A stretch of 64,000 nt of DNA from Camelus dromedarius (Eukaryota). Each line of letters starts with the position of its first letter. Positions within the stretch are counted from its first letter, which is position 1. The notes below the pieces were generated by a model that worked only from the letters and a program-made list of their open reading frames with translations, had not been told where the DNA came from and did no database searches. Location: assembly GCF_036321535.1 (NCBI RefSeq), contig NC_087436.1, positions 60,762,001 to 60,826,000 on the forward strand. Reading direction: 5' to 3'. Below are positions 40,263 to 52,061 of the stretch, one piece after another. A program made the position numbers and the translations under genes.

Positions 40263-42463
40263 TGCCTGTCAAATTCTACTCATCCTCGAAGGCACCTCCT
40301 AAATGACATCTCCTCCATTAAATCTTCTACTAGACCCTAGCCTAATGCCTCACATACAGTCTGCGCTAAAAATGCATCTAGTGAAAAAAATTCAATCACT
40401 TAGGACTTGAGTGGTTAGAGATAAGCTCATAGAAATTGTACGTGAGCCAGACCTTTCAAGATCAGCAGAAAATAGCAGTCCAAAGGTAGATAAATACTTA
40501 ATTTTTATCCTACAAACAAGAAATAAAGAAGGAGATCAAAAAAGGAGCCATAAAGGGGTTATCTGAAGGTAGATTTGAGAATGCACTTTATTGATCCATG
40601 AGAAACAGTGTAGAAGAGATTCAGATCATTGTAACTGGAAGTATAAAAACTTAGCCCTACAATATTTAAGGACTGGCTAATAACCTAAAAGGCTAATAAA
40701 CCAAGGAGAAATAAAGAGATTTCTTTCATGTGTAAGCTGTTGAACAAAGCAAGACAAGATTTTTTATTAAATATAGGAAGTGTCTCCAGATTTTATTTTG
40801 TTCAGTATCTCGAAGGAACACAGGGTTGGGTCACAGGCAAAGATGAGTGATCATCCTAAAACATTGTGATGGGAAGAACAGCCAACAAAGAATTACATAT
40901 TCTGGCTGCATAGTTATTCTGGCTAGACCACTTTCCTGGAAAAAGATGCTCTAAGTTGAAACTATATTAGTATTCATAGTTATAAGAGCCCAAACACATA
41001 CCTTCCAAAGAAACAAAGCATTCTTGCTTCTCCCTGTATTTCCTGTATAATAAAACCTAAAAGACAATGATGCGTCACTCCCATGTAGCTAGAACAGTTC
41101 ATCAGAGAATTACCAAGAATTGTGCAGACATTACTGACCACTACTTTAATACGAATTTAAGGAGACTTCCTCATGGACAGGGAAAAAAGGATATAAGCAA
41201 TTTCAGGGTTTGAAGGAAAATATTGGAATAATGCCAGTTTGCAAGAATCAGCAGTTTGCCAAATGAAGGTCTCACTCAGGAAACAAAAAGAAGCAGTTTC
41301 ATAATCAAACAAAATTGCCAGCCTGAAACATCTGTCACTTCACCCTTAACCCTGCACTCTTTCGCTACAACATTTTAGGAGATTTGATATTTCTATGAAG
41401 CTGTGGATCATGTTTCTTTTTCAATTCTTTCATTCCACTAACAATTTCACTACAATACCAAAGTAACGAATCTCCTAGGATCCTCACAAAGAAATGCATT
41501 TTGCAAAGATTTCCCAAGTGTACTGGAATTGATCCCAGGAAGCTTGGCAATTCTCCTTTCGTTGATGTCACCCTGTTTCCCTGTTTCCAGCCTTTTTCAC
41601 AGACTGGTCCCTTGTTTCCCTTACTAAATCTCTTTCTGTTTCTCACAGCAGTCTCCTGAGACTAGTGTGACTTGAGGAGAAGATCCTTGAGATACCTTCC
41701 CTCCCTGAGATCCTGCCATCTGTGAGTATGAGGGGTCCATGATAAGATCATAGAAGTATCCATAGCAAGTCTTAGGTCCTTTTTGCTTTTCCTCTTCAAA
41801 ACCTAAAACTAAACTTAAACTCATTAGGCAAAAATAAATCATGTGACCATTTTTTTCAAATTATCATTTCCTTGGGGTGCTTCCCCAGAAAGGAATTAAA
41901 AAGAAAGGGCCCGTTTGCACTCTAGGAACAAATAATAATGGCTTATAATGACCATGACAATAAGCACCAGCTTATGGAGTCTAGGGCTGAGAATAAATCA
42001 GGGTGGGCCTAGTATGAAACAGGCAGTGGTCCTGATAGGTAGTAGGCAGAGGACCTAAGGAGAAATGCAGTGATTTCTGTCACACTTTTCCATCAATCTG
42101 TGGTTTGCTTTCTGTGGTATTGTTTGGTAGTGAGCTTTAAGAAATCTCTTCCACATACATGCTCCCGTTCTCTTACCTCTCGATTTGGAGATCAGCTAGA
42201 TGTTACAAAGATCAAGAAGAAGAAAATTATGTCTGAAATGTGTGAAGAAGAACTTAGGAAATATTCAGTCTATTTAATCTATTAGAGTGAGCACACTAAG
42301 CCTAAGAGATCGATAATTGTTGTAGGAGGGTTGTGTGGGAACACACTGCAAATTGTAGTAAATCTCTTTCTGCATAAAATATTTCCTGAACTGAATTCTG
42401 AATGGCAGAGTAGATACATCTCATATGTATGAAGTTGATGAGATCATCTCATCTCAAATTCTT

Positions 42464-42592
42464 TTTTTTTTTAACATTTTTAATTGAGTTATAGTCATTT
42501 TACAATATTATGTCAAATTCCAGTACAGAGCACAATTTTTCAGTTCTGCGTAAACATGTATGTATTCTTGTAACATTTTTTTTCGCTGTGAG
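42464..42592 (-). mobile_element. Young, very short (~129 bp) 5'-truncated LINE-1 insertion
   Basis: A T-tail and L1 3'-end sequence (attgagttatagtcattttacaat...aaattccagt) flanked by a perfect 15-bp TSD, tcatctcaaattctt, at 42449-42463 and 42593-42607. Confidence 0.9.
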
Positions 42593-42817
42593 TCATCTCA
42601 AATTCTTACATAAGGAAAGAAGAATCTCATTCTTTGATCTATAAACTGGAATAGTCTAAAGACAATTGTGCCCACACACAAAAAAAAAAAAAAATCATGA
42701 ATCGTGGCTTCAACCAGTCTTTTGAAAGAAGAGAAAACGAACTTGAAAGCAAATGTTAACATTTTAAATAGCCAATTAGAAACTAGTATTGAAAATCAGC
42801 TGTTTGGTTAAAACAAA

Positions 42818-43452
42818 TTGTAAGCAGACAGGGTAGGGGATCCCCAGAGGAAAAGAACCAGACTTGGCTTCAATCTCTCTCTCTCTCTTTTTTTTTTTTT
42901 TTTTGACATAAAAGAAGCCATTTTGGCCAAAGCCATTTTGTGATCTTAGCCCGGCTACCATGCTTGCCCTTCAACAAGTCAACAGGTCTCAGCAATCAAT
43001 GATCTTAAGGGAACAAAGGAATGCAGGAACAGAGAAAAGGCAGTCAAGCAATAGTGCAGTGATAAAACAAGAGTTCTCATTCCTCCTCAAGGAATATTCA
43101 TAATAATATATCTTTGAGTTCTGCAGGAACTAAGGTTCCCACCCAGGTGGAGTATGGAATGATGATGGCCCTCTTGATTTCAATTAATGCATCAACCCAA
43201 GACTTGGACTCTGGATCTCTGCCCTAATTCTATGCTGAATTCTCCGTTCAAGCCCCTTGTGACTATGCATGTACTTTTAGCTTAAAAATTCCCCAGTTTT
43301 GCTGTTTGGGGAGATATTGCTTTGGGAAAGATCCTCAGTGTTCCTCTTATTTGCTGCAAGTGATAATAAATCCTTCCTTCTTCCCCTCTTTGACTTGGTT
43401 GTGTCTTTTGGCTTGACATCCACCAAGAAGCAAACCCAGTTTTGGGGTAACA
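42818..43452 (+). mobile_element. ERV1-like solo LTR (family C in this report)
   Basis: Termini TGTAAG...GGTAACA with AATAAA at ~43365 and approximate flanks aaat/aatt. Contains an internal CT/T tract. Confidence 0.85.
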
Positions 43453-44326
43453 AATTGTATGTTATATAAAGCATGATTGATTTTGTTACATTATTGGTGG
43501 GGGGGGTACTTCAGAACTTGTTCCTTGGTATGTAGAGTTGGATGTTAAATAAGTAAAGGAAAAAACATTCTAAAATTCACAGAGCTGAGCAGTATTATGT
43601 CAAAATATACTATACTTCCAATTGCTCCAATTATTAGCAAGTTTTTATTTTTAGTTACTCCCAATTAAATTAGTTAAGACAGTAAATAATAGCATATTTG
43701 TAGCAAGTGTTTCAAAGTTAATGAGAATTATTAAAGACAATTTTTATCACATGCCTTCCCCACAAAGCCAGGAGATTAATAACTAAATAGGGATGTTACC
43801 CACAGCTTGGCTGCCAGGAAGAATTATATGAACTAATTAACAAAAGACCTTGGAGGAAAGTGGTCTCATTTACAATCTTGATAAAAAGGAGGGGAGAAAA
43901 CATACCACAAAGGAAAAGATAAACAGATGATTCTGTGAACTCTCCTTTCTTTATAATACAATATATCATAACTAAAATAAAAAGCAAAAGCTAATAAAAC
44001 AGTATCAGGAAAAGACATGAAATTGAAAAGAAACATATAAGAAAAAATTAGTGAACAAATAAATGAAAAAATAAAAGAAATTGGAAATTAAAATTTTGAA
44101 AACGTGTTATACCTAATAAGTGTGCAAAATAAAAATAAGGTAATATCTATGCTGGTAACGTATATATGTAAATGGATAAATATTGTAGAAATCATTTTTA
44201 GTATGTAGTCCAAAAATTATGTAGACAGTAGTATTCTTTGTATAGTAATCTCATCTGCATCAGATTTTCCTAAGAATTATCTAAAGGAAAGAATATCTAT
44301 ACTTATTGCAAAATTACTTATGTTAG

Positions 44327-44794
44327 TGTGAATGAAAAGTACTGCAACCATATCAGTAAACAAAGAATGCTGAAACCATCAAGTCATCAGCGGCTGCTGC
44401 CACGCCCCAGTGAAGACAAGCCTGCAGCCCAGCCTCTGCAGCCACTCACAAACGGTGCACTCTGAAGGCCCTCAGAATAATAAAGGACAGGATACTGGCC
44501 CTAGATAGCTAGGTGCTTGTCAGGAATGAACTCAATGAGTCCAAATGTTTGCTCCCTCTCGTACATAGAAAAGCACTAAATTCTTTAACTTGAGATGTCT
44601 AGTTTTCTTTAGATAATGAGTATTCTTTTATTGTTCCAACTACCTGGTCTTTGTTGTAAAGCTCCTATATATCCTAGACCCTCCCCTACCTCTTCAGAGC
44701 AGTCCCTCAGAGGGACTGTCATCCCAGCTCAAGTCCTCCTGCCAAACGAAACATAACTCTCATCTTTTAGGCTCTGCATTTATTTCAGTCGACA
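44327..44794 (+). mobile_element. ERV1-like solo LTR (family A, copy 1)
   Basis: Termini TGTGAATG...GTCGACA with flanks ttag/gtag and a TATA-like ctatatat at ~44665. An inverted copy lies at 46279-46757. Confidence 0.92.
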
Positions 44795-45366
44795 GTAGCA
44801 AAAAAGACTAGATATTTAGCAACAGGAAATGAGTAGTTAAATTTTGATCTATTGATTTGATGGAATAGTATTGGGCAACAACTAAAATGTTATTTGTGAG
44901 GATTCTGTAGCAACATACCATAAATGCTAAGTGTAAATAGCTATCGAAAAACTACACAGCTGTAGCGAACAGAGAGAAATGTAGAAAAAGAAAAAATTTG
45001 GGGGTGGAAATATTGCTCATTCTGAATCTAATTTTTATCCACGTATTTTTATCACTTATTTGAGGAGAAAGATAATACAGTGGAAGACTGCTCAGACTTC
45101 TACTGGAATTCAATCATTTCAAGATAGTCAAATATAAGCTCTTCTAGTTAAACCTGCATTACAATTTATTTCAGAAACAATATCCTTCAGTTATATATGT
45201 GCTGTGACATTACACTCAACAAAATACTTGATCAGGGCTATCAATTCAGGTATAGGAGATTTCACAGGATGTTTCACTGAACTAACTGATGTTTTGGATT
45301 CTAGAATGAGGACTGAGGTCTGGTGCAGGTGGAGGACACCAGAAAAGGCAATACAGACAGAACCAG

Positions 45367-45856
45367 TGTGAAGGAAAAGCCAGGCTGGGCCAACAAGATA
45401 ACTCACAAGTCTAAGAATGTGAAAGAAAAGCAGGGCTGGGCCAATAAGATAACTCACAAATCTAAGTATCAGAATACTGATCTGAGTTCTGCTGGACTAA
45501 CTCGTAAATCTAAGTTAATTAGTGTTGGTTTGCTGATTCCCTGTTCATGTTGTTTTTATTGTTGTTGTTTTTTGCTAGGCAGCTGGATTTTCAAAGAGAT
45601 ATATCTGGCTTTGGAATGTTGGTTTGCTGCCTCCCTGCCTCCACTTTTGTGATAATGATGCTGCTAAAGCTGTTTCATGACTATTGGCCGAATACCCCAA
45701 GCTTGTACTTAACCCTATAAAGCCACATGCACAAGTCTTGGAGGTGCTCAGAGCTTCGGAGCAGAAGCCCCTCTGAGCCCACCGGCATACTACATCTGAG
45801 TACTCCAACCCTCCGAGTGGTGCTTGTTTCTTGGCTGGCCTGTCATTTCCGTAACA
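45367..45856 (+). mobile_element. ERV1-like solo LTR (family B, copy 1)
   Basis: Termini TGTGAAGG...GTAACA with a perfect 4-bp TSD ccag and TATA ctataaa at ~45715. Homologous to 48930-49392 and 50629-51073. Confidence 0.92.
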
Positions 45857-46278
45857 CCAGAACTGTTCTAATTAGAAATCATCTCAGGGTGCTTAGAGAA
45901 GAGAAAGTGAAACAGACATCAGAGCTCTCCTCTATATCCTTTATAATTTTATCCTGCATAATATCCTTTATAATTTTACTTGTATGAGTATGTGTAAAAA
46001 TTGCTGCAGGAAATTCATTACAATGCCAGCTCAGTCTGCCTGTACAAATCCTTCGGTTGCTTTTGAAAAAGCCCAAGTTAGTGATTTGTCTCTAGATATT
46101 ATACATAAATATCCAAACCAAGTATTAGATCAGGGGTCAAAAGCTCAAGGCCTGGGGGGCTAAAACTGGCTTACAGATGAATGTTTGGGTGGACACATTT
46201 TGGACAAAAGTTTGAATTGGAATGCCGTATGGTGGAGCCAGCAGTCTGGACCAATTCAAGCATTCTTGTCATTTGCCT

Positions 46279-46757
46279 TGTCGACTGAAGTAAATGCACA
46301 ACCTAGAAGTTGAGAGTTACGTTTCGTTTGGCGGGGGGACTCAAGCAGGGATGACAGCCTCTGAGATCCCGCTGAGGGACTGCTCTGAAGAGGTAGGGGA
46401 GGGTCTAGGATATATAGGAGCTTTACAACAAAGACCAGGTAGTTGGAACAATAAAAGAATATTCATTATCTTAAGAAAACTAGACATCTCAAGTTAAAGA
46501 ATTTAGTGCTTTTCTATGTACGAGAGGGAGCAAACATTTGGACTCATTGAGTTCATTCCTTTGACAAGCACCTAGCTATCTAGGGCCAGTATCCTGTCCT
46601 TTATTATTCTGAGGGCCTTCAGAGTGCACCGTTTGTGAGTGGCTGCAGAGGCTGGGCTGCAGGCTTGTCTTCACTGGGGCGTGGCAGCAGCCGCTGATGA
46701 CTTGATGGTTTCAGCATTCTTTGTTTACTGATATGGTTGCAGTATTTTTCATTCACA
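46279..46757 (-). mobile_element. ERV1-like solo LTR (family A, copy 2, inverted)
   Basis: Reverse complement of 44327-44794, with a perfect 4-bp TSD gcct on both sides. Confidence 0.92.
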
Positions 46758-47236
46758 GCCTGGATCCCAGAGCCATTCAAGCTGACACATTTGACACCTA
46801 TATGAGAAACAGATTTTTGGACTCAGAACTAGTGGGAAAATGAATGTATTCTAAACAGTCTTGTGAATAGGCCCCAGCTCAACTTTCCCTTCAAGGCCTG
46901 GGGCTGTGGCTACTGGGTTTGATTTCCTCAAAGCAATGTGGTTGCCGAGGTTGGGGAAGTTGTATGACCTCGCCCCTGCCCTTTGTTCTCTTAGCCCAAG
47001 GTGCTGAGACAGTTTGCAGCTGTTGTCTTGGGATCAAACCATCAGTGCAAGGTTGGAATTTGTCAGCCTTTGGTAAGTTGAAAAAGCCACTGGGAGGCCC
47101 TTATCTTCTTTCTCTGCCTCCTGCGGAGAGAAGCAGCTCTCAGCAACCCTTAATTGACTATTATGCAATAATATTCAAACGTGATGATGTTGGCATATAG
47201 TGAGAATCCCTATTTAAAAGAAAAACACAATGATTG

Positions 47237-47860
47237 TGAGACAGGAAGGGGGCAGCGCACAGCCTTTCAAGGAATGCCACAGCAATTAACATCAAAATGG
47301 TGAAAGATTCATCCCCCAGTAGGCCTTGAGGCTCAGGATGATGAGAGATTTAACTTCTAGCAGATCTTGAGCTTCATTATATGCTCACTGTAATATATTA
47401 ACATGGTGAATAACACGCCCCCAGGCACCATGGCTGTCCCAAGGCTAGCCACAAAATGTCAAAGAGTGGGAAATGGCCAACTTCCTGGAAATCCCAGCCC
47501 CTTCCCCAGGCTACTTAGACTGGTCCTTCCACTTGTTAGCATATGAAGCCACCAAGTCCGTAAAAACCAGCAACATGGAGCCTCTCGGCCTCCCCTCTCT
47601 CTCTGTCTTCGGAGATGGCCCACATTCTGTCTATGGAGTGTGTACCTACTTTTAAACTGAGCACCCAACCCCCACATCTCGTGGCCTTTCTCTTGCCTTT
47701 CAATGCATCTCTCTGAATAAATCTACCTCTCAACTGGTTTGCTCTTGAATTCTTTCCTGCACGAAGTCAAGGACCCACACTTGGCGGGTCACAACCCAGG
47801 GGCTCAGCCAAGACCTGGGACACAGCCCTCCTCATGCCCCACATTTGTTTTCCTGCATCA
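47237..47860 (+). mobile_element. ERV1 solo LTR, MER41-like (family D)
   Basis: Termini TGAGACAGG...CCTGCATCA with a perfect 4-bp TSD attg. AATAAA at 47716-47721 is followed by U5 ctcttgaattctttcctgcacgaagtcaaggaccc. The MER41 assignment is from recall. Confidence 0.88.
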
Positions 47861-48250
47861 ATTGGAACATAGTGCAGTTAGCCTGTGTTTTATTTAACAC
47901 CTTTCACCTAAGAATCTCAGAGGTGTTATAGCAATTAGCTGGTTAACTTTTAATGAATGAAGTATTTTCATTCTTATAGCCTGCAAACCACATATAAAAC
48001 TCATAACTGAATTTTAAAATGTAGAAAACTAAAGGGATAGAACAATTTTAAAAATAGGATAAAGCCCCTTCACTGGCTTTAAATCTGTCCAATAGGAAGA
48101 AACATTGCATTTAATAGATAAAGGCATCTGTAGGGCACGGTCTGAAAAAACACATTTTCTCCCTCTAGCATTTTTTCACAACTAGATTGAAATAATACAT
48201 AATCGCTCTTGTGTACAGAGCATCTGCTGCTCAGGCATCTTTAACTTTTT

Positions 48251-48266
48251 GGCGACATCTACTGTA
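48251..48266 (-). promoter_or_regulatory. Candidate CTCF motif
   Basis: The minus strand reads TACAGTAGATGTCGCC, resembling the CTCF core CCASYAGRKGGCRS. The CpG is retained. Confidence 0.3.
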
Positions 48267-48929
48267 CAAACAGGGAAATGCTGTGGACTCATTCTGTACC
48301 CAGAGCATATTCTATAAATTATTTTATTTTTTATTTACAATGCTACAACTTTTTTGATACTTCCCTTCAATATAAGAAGGCCTCACTTTAAAATTTTAAG
48401 GATATTTAAGTAATTTCCATATGTATTACACCACAGAGCCATAGAAATATCAGTCTGTGCTGACAAATTCAAACTTAATTTTCTAGTAGATACTTTAAAG
48501 ATCATTTCAACTTAGAGACTCTGCTAAAACTCTATTTGAATATTAGGGAAAATACTAAAGTGGATATTTAAATGCATTTTCTTATATTTAAAGAGAACCA
48601 TTCTGAGGACTGAATTAAATATTATTTAAATATGTATTACTTAGTTGTATTTAATTTAAAATAAAATATTATTTAAATTAATATTATAATAGTAATATTT
48701 ACAGTAGAACTTGAACTTTAAACGAAATAAAAGCTACAAATAGTTGTCAGTTTGCCTTCCTATTTCTCACTCTGGCTATAAAAAATAGAATTACTTGGTA
48801 TGTACCAGCGTTATTTATACTCTTAAATTATGCTTAACCTGTTCCACAGTTGATGGTTTGCAAAAGACTGAAACAGTTCATTTCATAGCTCATGACTGTA
48901 AGTAGGGAATTCTTTCAGAGGCATTTGGT

Positions 48930-49392
48930 TGTTATGGAAACGACAGGCCAATCAAGAAACAAGCACCACTCGGAGGGTTGGAGTACTCACATGTATTACG
49001 GTGGCGGGCTCAGAGGGGCTTCTGCTCCGAAGCTCTGAGCACCTTCGGACGTGCGCATGAGTTTTTATAGGGTAAAGTACAAGCTTGGGGTATTAGGCCA
49101 ATAGGCATGGAACAGCTTTAGCATCATTATCATCACAAAAGTGGAGGTGGGGAGGCAGCAAACCAACATTCCAAAGCCAGATATGTATCTTTGAAAACCC
49201 AGCTGGCTAGCAAAAAACATGAACAGCAAACCAACACTAATTAACCTAGATTTACAAGTTAGTCTAGCAGAACTCAGATCAGTATTCCAATACTTAGATT
49301 TGTGAGTTATCTTGTTAGCCTAGCCCAGCCTCTCCTTCACATTCCTAGACTTATGAGTTATCTTGTTAGATCAGCCGGGTCTTTCCTTCACA
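48930..49392 (-). mobile_element. ERV1-like solo LTR (family B, copy 2, inverted)
   Basis: Reverse-complement homologue of 45367-45856 (tgttatggaaac...ccttcaca). The TSD is imperfect (tggt left, ggta right). Confidence 0.9.
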
Positions 49393-50628
49393 GGTAATTC
49401 AACAACAAAGTAAACAATTTTTCACTGAGCATCTGTTAAAGTATTATGCTAGATGCTTTCACCAATGTTGGAAAGGTATAGCTCCCAAAGAAAACCCAAA
49501 ATAGGAGGGCCCCCCTGTTCTTTGGCACACCTAGTCTCACCCACTGTAGTAAGAGGTAAGGAGATATTTCCCCCAGCAGTTATGGTTCTCCAGGTCTCAA
49601 AAACAAAACAAAACAAAAAAACTCTACTTTTTCAACCTGCCTATTGTAATCCAGTGGACAGACAGCCATTTCAAGTTTGCTGTGGTGTAAAAACCAGATA
49701 TGATAGAAGTAAACAAACCTAGAGTCTCATATAATGTTACATGAGCGTATTTAAACTATTAAGTAATCCCTTCACCATTGTGATTTCCTTTCCAGTCCTC
49801 AGTACCTTTTTTAAATTAATGACCCCAAGGCCCAATAATCTGCCTGAAAAAATAACCCAGGTCAGTGAGTCATTTAATTACTCTGTCATTATTTTTATAA
49901 TTTTAATAATTTAATAATTAAATATAAAATTATTAATTATTCTGCAAATATTTTTGGCATGGCTGGCTCACCCTGTAAACAACAAAAACATAGACTTTTT
50001 CTCAAGGGTTTTCAGCCTAGAAAAGGGATGCAACAGTTCAAATCAAATCAGAAGGTAATAAGTGACTGAATGAGATATACAGTAATGAGATTAGGATTTA
50101 GAAGAAGGTACAAGTACTTCCAGCTGAGGGAATCAGAGGAAAATCTATAAAGTGATCCTTTTGATCAAATATGAGGAGTCTGTGCAATTTCAAACACAGG
50201 TGTGGATAGTCTTGGATAGTCTAGGAAAGGAGGAATTCAAGAGCCAGGCCAACATGGAGACAGGGAGGCCTGGACAGGTACTCAACCCTGAGCAGCCCTG
50301 TATGCTCATTGGATACATGTTGGCTGTTACAGAAGTGACAAGGAAACAAACAGAGGCTAAGACATCTCCCAAAGGGCCTTGACTTGGAAACTGAAGAGTT
50401 TGGATACATTTACTAGGAAGTTGAGTGCCTTACTCCAGATCCCTAGATCATGGAAGGGAAATGTCTTCAAATCTGGGTTTCAAGTCAATTTCCTTTTAGC
50501 TTCATCTCAAAGCTGTTGTGCCAGGTTGGGTTTTCCCCAACTTCTTTCTTCTTATACTTTTGATTTCTTCCTGACCTTAGACTAAGGCTTTTTGGCAAGT
50601 TACCATACATAAATCTTTCACATTGGAT

Positions 50629-51073
50629 TGTGAAGGAAAAGCTGGGCTGGGCCAGCAAGATAACTCACAAGTCTAAGAATGCAGGCTAACAAGATAACTC
50701 ACAAATCTAAGTATCGGAATACTGATCTGAGTTCTGCTGGACTAACTCATAAATCTAAGTTAGTGTTGGTTTGCTGTTCATGTTTTTTTTGCTAGCCAGC
50801 TGGATTTTCAAAGAGATATATCTGGCTTTGGAATGTTGGTTTGCTGCCTCCCTGCCTCCACTTTTGTGATAATGATGCTGCTAAAGCTGTTCCATGCCTA
50901 TTGGCCGAATACCCCAAGCTTGTACTTTACCCTGTAAAACCTCATGCGCACATCTTGGAGGTGCTCAGAGCTTCGGAGCAGAAGCCCCTCTGAGCCCACC
51001 AGCGTAATACATGTGAGTACTCCAACCCTTCAAGTGGTGCTTGTTTCTTGGCTGGCCTGTCATTTCCATAACA
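50629..51073 (+). mobile_element. ERV1-like solo LTR (family B, copy 3)
   Basis: Termini TGTGAAGG...ATAACA with a perfect 4-bp TSD ggat. Confidence 0.92.
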
Positions 51074-52061
51074 GGATCAGTTTACTTTTGATCAGAACTT
51101 TTGATTCTGAAAAATCTTTGTTTCTCCCACTTCCTCTAACAATTGCATCATTATTTTGCCCTGGGAAATTATTGTCATGCTTTCAATTTTTAAATACTTT
51201 GGATTGTCTTCTCCAAATACATTTTATCATATTCATGCCTAGAATTTACCTCACCACTTCTGGTAGGTGAAAGGATATTGTGGGAACATAACACCATCTT
51301 CTCTGACTACAGAAGATGGGAAACTAATAGCACAGAAAAAGGCAGAGATGCAGGAGGAAATTTTACCCAATTTAGTTACTTTCCCCCACCTTCCAAAAAC
51401 CCCTCAGTTCACTTTCTCTTAAAGTTTGAAATAATCTTTTTTATGACCTGTCAATGAAATACACAAACAGCGTATTTGAAATGCCTAATATGTAAGTACA
51501 AATATATTCGGAGCTAATTAAATTCAGTTGACTACTCAACTGCAAATCATAAATATATACACATTGAGATTCTGCCTAGAATTTAATTTTCATCCTAATT
51601 CTAGAAATGATTAAACATTTTTCTACAAGAGCAAGTTTGGAGTTCTCAACTCTACATTAGGCAAGAACAATTTATAGTTTCTAGTCTATGAGTTTATTAT
51701 TATTTTTTATCATTTATCACTATTCTTCTATTAACTTCAGCATATTAGTAAAATTAAATCACCATCCTTTATTTTTCATTTATAGTTTCAGTCTAACATC
51801 ATACATCCCATAGAAGGAAGATAGGATAAATTCAACTGACAGAATAATAAAGATATTTTACATTTCTATACTAATTTTTAAATGTCTGCATGAATCAGGC
51901 AGCTTAATTTCAGCTCTGTACAAATCTATCTCAAGAGGATGAAATGGACACAAGGAAGCCACACTTCTCTCCACAGTCCAGTTATATTCTCTGTGATATA
52001 TATTCATGCACTAAACTGGTTTTCCCCACCTGCATGACTCTCCTTACATAACATTGTCAGA

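Noticed and set aside
44327..46757. DNA transposon or composite element with long terminal inverted repeats
   Set aside because: Each arm is a TG...CA LTR with its own 4-bp TSD. No shared TSD surrounds the unit and there is no transposase.
48610..48700. AT-only quasi-palindromic tracts (also ~49895-49940)
   Set aside because: Low-complexity A/T sequence produces such symmetry by chance.
45367..51073. Possible provirus bounded by same-orientation LTRs B1 and B3
   Set aside because: Each LTR has its own complete TSD (ccag, ggat). There is no PBS after B1, no PPT before B3, and no gag/pol/env remnants between them.
45727..51270. Paralogous ORFs containing SWRCSELRSRSPSEP (45727-45987 and 50944-51270)
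   Set aside because: The similarity comes from both lying in the R-U5 region of the same LTR family, not from a gene family.
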